A stretch of 59,397 bases of DNA, from positions 1 to 59,397 of the forward strand of contig CADBMV010000064.1 of NCBI GenBank assembly GCA_902795865.1, given 5' to 3'. Each line of letters begins with the position of its first letter. Position 1 is the stretch's first letter. Both the position numbers and the translations under genes were made by a program. This stretch comes from an uncultured Erysipelotrichaceae bacterium (lineage in GTDB: Bacteria > Bacillota_I > Bacilli_A > Erysipelotrichales > Erysipelotrichaceae). Under the pieces are notes generated by a model. That model did no database searches and had not been told where the DNA came from. It saw only the letters and a program-made list of their open reading frames with translations. This document shows, piece by piece, positions 39,552-48,349 of this stretch.

Positions 39552-40484
39552 CTAGATCGAAATCTTTCCAATCATGTTTAATTTAGTTAGTAATATAAAT
39601 GGATAAAATATCAACCTAGCGTTTCTAAATCCATTTTTCTTTACAACTTCTTTTATTTCTTTAATAGCTATCTCATTTTTAGATACTTTATCTTTATTCT
39701 TATTAGTCTTCATAATGAAATAGAATATAATACCTAAATACTTATTATATGCAAGATTCTCGTATTCAGTATTTTTATAATAATTTAATATTTCTAAACC
39801 AGCTTCAACTTTATCATAGTTATCATCAGAATAGGTATTTCTTGTGAGTGAATTATCTCTCATTCTAATCTTATAAGCATAGTAATTGATGTGTGCAACA
39901 TTATCGAATGTCTCTAATAGTTTATAAGTAATGAATGTATCTTCAAAATGTTTACCATCAGGAAATCTTAATGTTTCAAATGTTTTTTTTCTAAATAATT
40001 TACAAACAGGTGATTCTCTAAAGATTTCATCTTTAAAGTATTCATATAATACTTCTTGTCTAGTATATAATCTAGTAGATTTATCTCCTATTTCAGGATC
40101 ATCTAATTCGTTCATATCTAAACAAGAAACATCTGCATCATATTTATTCAAAAGATTATATAAAGTTTCAATATAATCATCTTTCACAACATCATCACTA
40201 TCAATAAAAGCTAATAGATTAGTTCTATCATCTTTATAAAATATATCTATTCCATAATTTCTTGCGCTAGCTGCACCACCATTTTCTTTATAGTAGTAAG
40301 AAACTCTATTATCTTTCTTAATGATTTCATTTATTACTTGTCTACTATTATCACTACTACCATCATCTACACATATTATTTGAATATTAGAGTATGTCTG
40401 ACACAATAAAGATTCAATACATTCTTTTACATATTGTTCAGTATTATAAACAGGAATCACAACACTAATTAATTCATTATTCAT
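39552..40484 (-). CDS. GT2 family glycosyltransferase
   Basis: 310 aa with ISVVIPVYNTEQYVKECIESLLCQTY, CVDDGSSDNS and IDSDDV. Confidence 0.88.
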   Translation of the reverse strand: MNNELISVVIPVYNTEQYVKECIESLLCQTYSNIQIICVDDGSSDNSRQVINEIIKKDNRVSYYYKENGGAASARNYGIDIFYKDDRTNLLAFIDSDDVVKDDYIETLYNLLNKYDADVSCLDMNELDDPEIGDKSTRLYTRQEVLYEYFKDEIFRESPVCKLFRKKTFETLRFPDGKHFEDTFITYKLLETFDNVAHINYYAYKIRMRDNSLTRNTYSDDNYDKVEAGLEILNYYKNTEYENLAYNKYLGIIFYFIMKTNKNKDKVSKNEIAIKEIKEVVKKNGFRNARLIFYPFILLTKLNMIGKISI

Positions 40485-41422
40485 TATGATTTATATAACC
40501 TCATAGCTTTATTTAAGATAGACCCTAACATTGTATCATTTTCTAAAGCAATTGCTTCATATATTCTAGAGTATATACATGATTTTAATGATTCATAGTC
40601 TTCATTGCGTTTATTAGTATTTTTTAAGTAATTATTTAAAATATTAAAGATTCTAATACAATCAAAAATGTTTTTCTTTTCTTTTCTTTCGATTTTTAAA
40701 GACTTCAATATTTCTGATTGATTATTTTCATTGCATACCAACTCTCTTACATTTAGATATTCTTGTAGTCTTTTAAATGGATTGGCAGCAGTTAAACTGT
40801 TACTGTCACCAACACGATAATAAGTTAATACTTCTGGTAAATTACAGCCTTTTGAATATTTCAATATTTCATTCCATAATTTATATTCAACCGCAACTCT
40901 AATATTTAAATCATAATTCAAATTATTATCTTTTAATACAGAATTTCTAATCATAACTGCAGGATGATAAAAAGGGCTTTGAATATTTAAATATTTTCTT
41001 ATTCCTTCATCTGTAGTACATAGTTTATTAATTTCATATAGATTGTTATTAGTATCAATATGTCTTGTCCAAGAACCTACTATTCCATATTCAGGATTAT
41101 TTTCTAAGAATCTAACTTGTTTTTCTAATCTGTTTTCTAGCATTAAATCATCAGCATCTATTCTTGCGATATATTTAGTATTTATTAAATTAACGCCTTT
41201 ATTCAAAGAACCTGTTGGACCTATATTTTCTTCATTAATAACTAATTTAATCCTAGGATCATCATAGCTTTTGATAACTTCTACAGTATTATCTGTAGAT
41301 GCATTATCAATTATTAATAATTCAAAATCTTTATAAGACTGTTTTAAAACACTATCAATACAAAGATTGATATTAGGGTTGTTGTAAACAGGTAGTAAAA
41401 CTGTAACTAATACCTTTTCCAC
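40484..41422 (-). CDS. GT2 family glycosyltransferase
   Basis: 312 aa with TVLLPVYNN, LLIIDNASTDNT and RIDADDL. Confidence 0.88.
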   Translation of the reverse strand: MEKVLVTVLLPVYNNPNINLCIDSVLKQSYKDFELLIIDNASTDNTVEVIKSYDDPRIKLVINEENIGPTGSLNKGVNLINTKYIARIDADDLMLENRLEKQVRFLENNPEYGIVGSWTRHIDTNNNLYEINKLCTTDEGIRKYLNIQSPFYHPAVMIRNSVLKDNNLNYDLNIRVAVEYKLWNEILKYSKGCNLPEVLTYYRVGDSNSLTAANPFKRLQEYLNVRELVCNENNQSEILKSLKIERKEKKNIFDCIRIFNILNNYLKNTNKRNEDYESLKSCIYSRIYEAIALENDTMLGSILNKAMRLYKS

Positions 41423-41426
41423 TCTA

Positions 41427-43193
41427 TTAATTATAATATAACTTTAAAAATATATATGTATCATAGACATCATCAAAGTCTATAGTCTTTACATTACAAT
41501 TTAAGATAGCCTCATCATTACCACCTTTTAACTCATTGCCTAAATAGATGATTCTATCTCTATCTAAATTCTCTTTTTTAATAATTAATTCAAAAGTTTT
41601 CTCCTTAGAAAAATCCTTCTTCATAATATCAATAGATGTATGTCCAGCTATTTCAGCCTTATATTCATCATTATATTTTTTAATAATATCTTGTATCACC
41701 AATAGTTTTTCTTCTCTATTAGTAAGAGGCTTAATTGTTAAGATAGCTCCTCCTCTTACACTAATCTTACCTTTATATTCTTCATGAGATTCTAATTCTT
41801 TAATTAACTCATCACTTATTAAAAACTCTTGAGATAATAATTTTCCACCATCATCATTATTCAAATTAAAATATGTATTGCCATAGTTACAATAAATATC
41901 TTCCCCAGTATACTTCTTATAATAATCTTTAACAATATCATAGACATGTCTATAGTTATTACCTGATAAAATAACTCCCTTAAACAGTTCCATATTCTTT
42001 ATGCAGATAGTTTTATCCTTCATATGTTCATCCCATAAAGTTCCATCTAAATCAGATACTAATTGATAATCAATATCTTTTAAATCATAATAATCCTTCA
42101 TAATTAAAGAAACTACTGACTCAGGATTGTGTTTAGAATTATTCTTATCTGATAATATTCCATGAATATATTTAAAATCAGCATCTATATGATTCATTGA
42201 TTCATCAGCATTATCATTAATCACAACAGTTACATCTTTTAAATCTAAATAATTATTAATTAGCTTCAATAATTCATCTGCCCCAACACCTTTACAATCT
42301 TGATCTTGTGCATTATTCATTACTAAATACTTTTTAGCTTTACTATTTTTAATTAATTCATTAAAACCGATATGCATATAACTAGGTATTAATGACGACC
42401 ATTGTGTTCCTGAACTAAAAATAATAATATCCGCATCATTTACTATCTCTATAATATCTTTATCGTTGTTTTCATTTATTGTAGGTAAGTATTCCTTACC
42501 ATTCTTATCTTTTAAGATAGCTTTAACTACTTTATCATTTGGATTATTCCAAATAACTAAATCACCTTCATCTGATATTACATGTCCAGATTGTGTTTCG
42601 TTATATAAGAATAGATTCACATCAGATATCAAATGTACTCTATCTTCAATATTTAATATTTCTGCCATTCTTGAGCCAGCCTTCTCAAGTGAATTATTAT
42701 TTAATGCTGCACAAGAGGCATAGAAAATATTAGATAAAGAGAAATCTTTAAAACTTACTTCTTCAATACCATTTCTTAAATTGCCACCTAGATAAAAGAA
42801 ATGATTTAAATATTTAATAAATAATTCTTTTGTCTTTAAATCTAAATAATCGATGTTTTTAATTATATTTAAAGCCTTTTTATAATAATCGTTATAGTCA
42901 TCAGCATCTAGTCTTAATTCGAATAGATTATATAATTTAGATTCTTTAGAATTATTATTTTTTAATTCATTTTTATATTTTAATTTAAACTGTGTTAACT
43001 GATTCTTTCTTAAGTCGCTTGGTCCTAAAATATCACTATTGAATATTTTTCTACATACACCTGTTGACTTACCATTATCATATGCATTTATGATTGCGTG
43101 AAGTTCATAGTTTCCATAATCAAAAAGAGAGTCAAATCCTCCCTGTAAAGCTTTACCACCTGATCCTCCACAAAATAGTACAATCTTTAACAT
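41427..43193 (-). CDS. CofD/YvcK-family (UPF0052, 2-phospho-L-lactate-transferase-like) domain fused to a HAD phosphatase domain
   Basis: 588 aa. The N-terminus has KIVLFCGGSGGKALQGG, HAIINAYDNGKSTGVCRK and GPSDLRKN. The C-terminal ~210 aa have SDLDGTLWD (HAD motif I) and GNELKGGNDE. GGGAGA SD upstream. Confidence 0.68.
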   Translation of the reverse strand: MLKIVLFCGGSGGKALQGGFDSLFDYGNYELHAIINAYDNGKSTGVCRKIFNSDILGPSDLRKNQLTQFKLKYKNELKNNNSKESKLYNLFELRLDADDYNDYYKKALNIIKNIDYLDLKTKELFIKYLNHFFYLGGNLRNGIEEVSFKDFSLSNIFYASCAALNNNSLEKAGSRMAEILNIEDRVHLISDVNLFLYNETQSGHVISDEGDLVIWNNPNDKVVKAILKDKNGKEYLPTINENNDKDIIEIVNDADIIIFSSGTQWSSLIPSYMHIGFNELIKNSKAKKYLVMNNAQDQDCKGVGADELLKLINNYLDLKDVTVVINDNADESMNHIDADFKYIHGILSDKNNSKHNPESVVSLIMKDYYDLKDIDYQLVSDLDGTLWDEHMKDKTICIKNMELFKGVILSGNNYRHVYDIVKDYYKKYTGEDIYCNYGNTYFNLNNDDGGKLLSQEFLISDELIKELESHEEYKGKISVRGGAILTIKPLTNREEKLLVIQDIIKKYNDEYKAEIAGHTSIDIMKKDFSKEKTFELIIKKENLDRDRIIYLGNELKGGNDEAILNCNVKTIDFDDVYDTYIFLKLYYN

Positions 43194-43209
43194 TTAGTCT
43201 CCCAAGTAT

Positions 43210-43941
43210 CTAACAATACTCTTCTACTATTTTATCAAGTTCTTCCTTAGTATTAAATGATAAAATCTTATTTGCATCTATTATTATAGCTTTTACTGGT
43301 TTATTTAACTCATAATGATAATTAAATATATCTAATAATCTTACTTCTTTAGTTTCATTAGGATCATAGTCTTCTGAGTTTAATCCTAAATAATCTTTAT
43401 AATCCATTAAGTATTCTTCTAGTGTATTTAAATCAAAACAGAATAAAGATTGATCATGTATACCCTTATCTATTTCTCCATCAGTCTTTTTAAAATGTGA
43501 CTTAATAATATAATTATTAGAATCTACATCAAACCATGCATATGGTTTTTCATCTATTGAACATGCTACGTTCCAATCATCATTTTCAATCTTTTCTTTA
43601 AATTCAATAAATGGTGTTTCATCTACAAAGAAAGCATCTCCCCAACACACAAATAATCTTTGCAAATTAGGGTTGTCTTTTTTAACTAATCTAGTTAGTT
43701 TTAATAAAGACATTGCATCACCTTGACCAGTAGTAATACTTAAAATCTTAGCATCTACATTCAAATCAAAACTATTTACAGTTTCAATATTCAATCCTAA
43801 ATAAATCTCATCAAATACTTTTCTTGCATACTTAATGGTGTTATCTACATTCATTTCATCTTTAAGCATACATAAAGCTTTTGGATAACCTCCAAATCTT
43901 GATGATTTACCAGCTGCAACTATTAATAATGCACTATTCAT
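43210..43941 (-). CDS. MobA-like nucleotidyltransferase (NTP_transf_3-type)
   Basis: 243 aa with LIVAAGKSSRFGGYPKALCML at the N-terminus. It overlaps the upstream gene by 8 nt. Confidence 0.68.
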   Translation of the reverse strand: MNSALLIVAAGKSSRFGGYPKALCMLKDEMNVDNTIKYARKVFDEIYLGLNIETVNSFDLNVDAKILSITTGQGDAMSLLKLTRLVKKDNPNLQRLFVCWGDAFFVDETPFIEFKEKIENDDWNVACSIDEKPYAWFDVDSNNYIIKSHFKKTDGEIDKGIHDQSLFCFDLNTLEEYLMDYKDYLGLNSEDYDPNETKEVRLLDIFNYHYELNKPVKAIIIDANKILSFNTKEELDKIVEEYC

Positions 43942-45010
43942 TTTTTAATCTTTCTATAATGTCTTTTAATTCTTCTATATTTTCAGGTACAAATATTTTA
44001 CTAGAATCAGAATATTTTTCTTTTAATTGATCTATCATTTCATTGAACCATGGTATTTCATTACCATCTAATCTATTAAGTAATAATTTATAAATAAATA
44101 TTACGTAAGGTTCTTTGTTTCCTAACATCTTGGCAGAAAATTGCACTGTAGAAAAAAATGACAACAGTATATGTTTATCAGTTATATTCTCTATACATTC
44201 TATTTCCCACATATTATTGATATTATCCATATCAATATCTTCATATACCAAATCTTTTTGTCTAGGATGTAATCTAACTAAAGGATTAAATGATTTAATA
44301 TCTAATTGTTTAATAATATCAATAAACTTTACACCATTGTAGTTTTCTCTTGATTCTAGAGGCTGCTCAAGAATGATTAGTTTATGATCTTTTAATAAAG
44401 AATCACTATTATAACTAAATACTTTTTTAATAATATCTATTGCTTTATTATCTTTATTCAATACTGGTAATTGTTCAATATTCTTAGAGATTGTAGACTT
44501 ACAAAATTCTTTGTTATTCACATATAATTTTTGTATATCAAATGCATATACATCACTTTTTAACAATTTATTAATAAAAGGATATTTATATGTTCTTTCA
44601 TCAATTATGCAATTTCCACTATAAGTAATAATTCCATCATCATAGATGTATACCTTTGGTTTATTTTTATAATTTAAAGCTACACCTAATAATCCTCTAT
44701 CACCTACAAACAATTGATCATAATCTTCATGTAAGAAACTATTATCAGAAAAATTATATCCACATAATATCTTTGAATAACTTAAAGTATCAAATAATCT
44801 ATCTAATTTAACATTTTCATTTCTATAACATCTATATACTTTATTAAATAATTTTGTTTCTTCTAACTTATTACATAATTCTTCAGCATTCTTAAACCAC
44901 ATCTCCACAAAAACATCAGTATTAGCTGCTGTGTTTTCTACATTATTAACTACCATGTTAATGGTATTTAATATCTTTAAAGGTGAATTTGATACAAATG
45001 CAGTTTTCAT
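43934..45010 (-). CDS. GT52-like (bacterial sialyltransferase-motif) glycosyltransferase, candidate ulosonic-acid (Kdo) transferase
   Basis: 358 aa. The N-terminus has FVSNSPLKILNTINMV. D/E-D/E-G motif in KVYIYDDGIITY, HP motif in VRLHPRQKD, and a late LSFFSTVQFS block. Confidence 0.6.
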   Translation of the reverse strand: MKTAFVSNSPLKILNTINMVVNNVENTAANTDVFVEMWFKNAEELCNKLEETKLFNKVYRCYRNENVKLDRLFDTLSYSKILCGYNFSDNSFLHEDYDQLFVGDRGLLGVALNYKNKPKVYIYDDGIITYSGNCIIDERTYKYPFINKLLKSDVYAFDIQKLYVNNKEFCKSTISKNIEQLPVLNKDNKAIDIIKKVFSYNSDSLLKDHKLIILEQPLESRENYNGVKFIDIIKQLDIKSFNPLVRLHPRQKDLVYEDIDMDNINNMWEIECIENITDKHILLSFFSTVQFSAKMLGNKEPYVIFIYKLLLNRLDGNEIPWFNEMIDQLKEKYSDSSKIFVPENIEELKDIIERLKNE

Positions 45011-46417
45011 CTATCCTCCATTAAATAATCTAATAAGTTCATTTCTATTCTTATAAAGCATATAAAGCATCATTAAACCATTAATTATAAATAATGCTAA
45101 TCTGATTAATACATTATTCACAAATACCGTAGATATTATATCAATAATTAATAAAGCAATAATAGTTCCTATTAAAACTTTAATGTCATAAAACTCATTT
45201 TTATCTAGTTTTCTAGCAAAATATGAATGAATGACTAATAAGACAAGCCTACTTATTAATAAGGCATATGGAGCTCCAAATAAGCCATATTTATTAATTA
45301 ATAAATACAATAATACAACTTCAATACTAGAGCTGATTATTGATGCCAACATAACATTCTTAGTGTTTTTATAGAAGTATTGAGTATTTAAAGGAGTATA
45401 GTATAAAAAACTAATATAAACATCAATTGATAGTGGTATTAAACAATATATTGCATCCCAATAATTCTTATTAATAAATAAATGAAAGAAATCTGGAACT
45501 ATTAATATGAATTCTGCTATTAAACTAGCAAATATTACATAACAAATACTATTAAATCTTTTAATCAAAACATAGTCCTTTTTATTCGTTGCATCAAAAA
45601 ACCAAGGATTCCATGCGTTTTCAAAAGTAGCTAATAATACTTGTGGAATATTTAATAAAGTAATAGCCATACCATATATACCTACATTAGAAAAATCAGT
45701 TAAATATTGAATTGATAGTGTTGCAAGTTGAGCAAACAAAGATATCAAAAAGGTATGTACTATTAATGGTGAACCCCATTTTAAAGCTTTAGAGATATAA
45801 GAGGTATTATATTTTTTTACACCTACTACTAAATACATATAAATAAAACTAATAATATTAGCTAATAATATTCCATATATCTTAGCTTTATGAACTTCAT
45901 GATCTTTAAATATAGTAAATATCAATAATAAAGATACACCTAAATTAATTACTGTATTAATTACTAAATAAACAAAATAGGCTTTATATCTGCCATCTAA
46001 TGTTAATCTTCCACCTAGTAAAATACACCCTGCAGAAAAAGCTACATCTATGATTAATATATTCCAAAGAAGTCTATTAAACGACAAGAAATTAGGATTA
46101 ATAAATAATACTATATTTACACCAATTAGTAACAATAAAGCCACAGAAAAACATATCAATAACACTGTAGCTGTATAAGAATCATAATCTGTTTCTTCAT
46201 CATATTTAGATATTCTGATTGTTGCAGATAAGCCTAATAAGACAATTGATTCAATAATAGTCGCATATGTAACAAAAGAAGTAAATATACCATTTTCATA
46301 TGTTGAAAGTAAATCAGAAAATAATGGTAATACAAAAATCGCAACACCCTTTACAAGAATGTTACCAATCGCATACCAAGACATAGCTTTTATAATACTG
46401 AATTTTTTCTTTTCCAT
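45011..46417 (-). CDS. wzx: Wzx-type (MOP superfamily) polysaccharide flippase
   Basis: About 468 aa with 12-14 TM helices. The track starts at TTG 46426; I prefer the ATG at 46417 (MEKKKF), which overlaps the upstream stop as TAATG. Confidence 0.78.
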   Translation of the reverse strand: MEKKKFSIIKAMSWYAIGNILVKGVAIFVLPLFSDLLSTYENGIFTSFVTYATIIESIVLLGLSATIRISKYDEETDYDSYTATVLLICFSVALLLLIGVNIVLFINPNFLSFNRLLWNILIIDVAFSAGCILLGGRLTLDGRYKAYFVYLVINTVINLGVSLLLIFTIFKDHEVHKAKIYGILLANIISFIYMYLVVGVKKYNTSYISKALKWGSPLIVHTFLISLFAQLATLSIQYLTDFSNVGIYGMAITLLNIPQVLLATFENAWNPWFFDATNKKDYVLIKRFNSICYVIFASLIAEFILIVPDFFHLFINKNYWDAIYCLIPLSIDVYISFLYYTPLNTQYFYKNTKNVMLASIISSSIEVVLLYLLINKYGLFGAPYALLISRLVLLVIHSYFARKLDKNEFYDIKVLIGTIIALLIIDIISTVFVNNVLIRLALFIINGLMMLYMLYKNRNELIRLFNGG

Positions 46418-47436
46418 TAGCTGCAAATTAAATTAAGATATTTGTTGTTTATTTTAAATAAAACATAACCTATTATAGTACAAATCACTACTACAACAAA
46501 ACTCATCATAAGCATACTTATTTCCATATTAAATACTCTCATTAATAAACTCGCAAGAATCGTTCTAAACAAAGGATGAGAATAATACATAAATGTTGAA
46601 GTATACTTACATATTTTTCCTAAATGACTATATTCATTTAAAGGGTGTTTAAGAAGAAATATCAAAAATACAAATGTGAATAAATACATTGATATTGCAG
46701 ATATATTTGATGGCACAACAATAACCTTGCTCATAAAATATGTCTCTATAAATATCAATATCAATAAAACAATTAAACTAATAATCAGTTTATTATCATT
46801 AATCTTCATTAATCTATCGTTGTTGTTAGCTATGTACATACCCATCATAAATAATGGAAAACCATGTAAGAAGATACGACAATATGTAGTGAAATATTTA
46901 TAATTAAAGAAATTCACTAATATTGGAATATTCTTACCAACAAAATAATAATATGTCCCAAGTAATCCTATTACATACAAAACAATAGCTATTTTATAAA
47001 ATACTTTTTCCAAGTTATATTTATGTATTAAATATCCAAATAATACATACAAAACAAGTGAAGCCATAAACCATAAATGAAAACCTGTTCCATTAATAAA
47101 TAAACTAACTAATTGAAGTTTAATGAAATCATAAATAGCCATCTTGCCACTTAATATTTCATTATAGATATTTATTAGAGTATATATTATTATCCAGAAA
47201 CAAATAGGAATTATTAATCTTTTAATATTCTTCTTAACAGAATCAAAACCATCTTTATTTAAACTAATAGTAAAGTAATATGCAAAAGCTACATGAAAGA
47301 AATATAATGCATATCTAAATAGATCAAATAGAAAAGACTTGTCAATATTGATAAGTCTTACATGTGAATCAACGATCATTATTGCGCAAAAATATTTAAA
47401 AATATCTATTGACGCATTATACTGTTTCTTTACCAT
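46417..47436 (-). CDS. Acyltransferase family 3 membrane protein
   Basis: 339 aa. NASIDIFKYFCAIMIVDSHV at the N-terminus and about 10 TM helices. Confidence 0.7.
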   Translation of the reverse strand: MVKKQYNASIDIFKYFCAIMIVDSHVRLINIDKSFLFDLFRYALYFFHVAFAYYFTISLNKDGFDSVKKNIKRLIIPICFWIIIYTLINIYNEILSGKMAIYDFIKLQLVSLFINGTGFHLWFMASLVLYVLFGYLIHKYNLEKVFYKIAIVLYVIGLLGTYYYFVGKNIPILVNFFNYKYFTTYCRIFLHGFPLFMMGMYIANNNDRLMKINDNKLIISLIVLLILIFIETYFMSKVIVVPSNISAISMYLFTFVFLIFLLKHPLNEYSHLGKICKYTSTFMYYSHPLFRTILASLLMRVFNMEISMLMMSFVVVVICTIIGYVLFKINNKYLNLICS

Positions 47437-48349
47437 TTGCTATCCAGTCAATAACTTGCCTTACTGCACCACATCCACCATCTAAAGTAGATATAAAATT
47501 TGATTCTTTCTTTACTTTATCAGATGCATTTCTTACACAAGCACTAATACCACCATTTGAATTAACTAATCTGATACAATCTAAATCATTATCATCGTCA
47601 CCAATATAGACAACTTGATTTAGATTAATTTCTAATCTACTACATATTTCTTCTAATTTAGTTTTCTTATCTTTAACACCTTGATATAGATGTCTAATTT
47701 TTAGTTCTTTACATCTTCTTTTTAAATATTCTGATTTTCTTGCGGTTAATACAACAGGTATTATTCCTAAGCTTGGAAGAATATTACCTAAACCATAACC
47801 ATCTTTTATATTGAATGATTTAAATAATTCACTATCTTCACCCATATAAATAGTTCCATCAGTTAAAGTACCATCTGTATCCATTACAACTGCTTTAATA
47901 TCTTTAGTATTAATATATGGGACTTTAAAGACTATCTTTTTTACTTTTTGATGAACACCATCTTGTACATCAACACAAGGCATATGTGCTTGATCAGGAT
48001 AAAAAATCATGAAGCTTTTTTCTTTTAATTCGTATTTTTTACCTTGTTTATTATCATAGTAAAAACAGATATCTTTTTCTTCATCATATGGTTCACATAT
48101 TTCTAGATTGCTTATTTCATCCACAATCATTTTTTCTGAACCAGAAATCATTAATTGAATATCAATATATTTTCTATGTGACTCATATTTTCTTTCAGAT
48201 CTTGATTTAGTGAGATATTCTTCTACATTGGCATATATTCCATTTTTAAAATATCTTTTCCCTACAGGAAGAGCTTTTAAATCTGTAGTCTTTAAAAAAT
48301 CAAATACAACACTACTTAATTCTTTGATATCGTTTTTTCTTTCACTCAT
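47417..48349 (-). CDS. kdsC: Fusion: YhcH/YjgK/YiaL (NanQ-family cupin) domain + Kdo-8-phosphate phosphatase (KdsC, HAD)
   Basis: 310 aa. The N-terminal ~146 aa have GKRYFKNGIYANVEEYLTK, ESHRKYIDIQLMISGSEKM, FMIFYPDQAHMP and VKKIVFKV, the YhcH family pattern. The C-terminus has VVMDTDGTLTDGTIYMG, FNIKDGYG, IGDDDNDL and GGCGAVRQVIDWI, matching KdsC. Confidence 0.85.
   Translation of the reverse strand: MSERKNDIKELSSVVFDFLKTTDLKALPVGKRYFKNGIYANVEEYLTKSRSERKYESHRKYIDIQLMISGSEKMIVDEISNLEICEPYDEEKDICFYYDNKQGKKYELKEKSFMIFYPDQAHMPCVDVQDGVHQKVKKIVFKVPYINTKDIKAVVMDTDGTLTDGTIYMGEDSELFKSFNIKDGYGLGNILPSLGIIPVVLTARKSEYLKRRCKELKIRHLYQGVKDKKTKLEEICSRLEINLNQVVYIGDDDNDLDCIRLVNSNGGISACVRNASDKVKKESNFISTLDGGCGAVRQVIDWIANGKETV

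Noticed and set aside
39983-39990. A T8 homopolymer (A8 on the coding strand) inside the GT2 at 39552..40484, and several A7/T7 runs elsewhere, considered as slipped-strand phase-variation switches.
   Set aside because: Runs of 7-8 A or T are expected by chance in DNA this AT-rich and are shorter than typical phase-variable tracts. No G/C tracts or longer repeats were seen in any glycosyltransferase.
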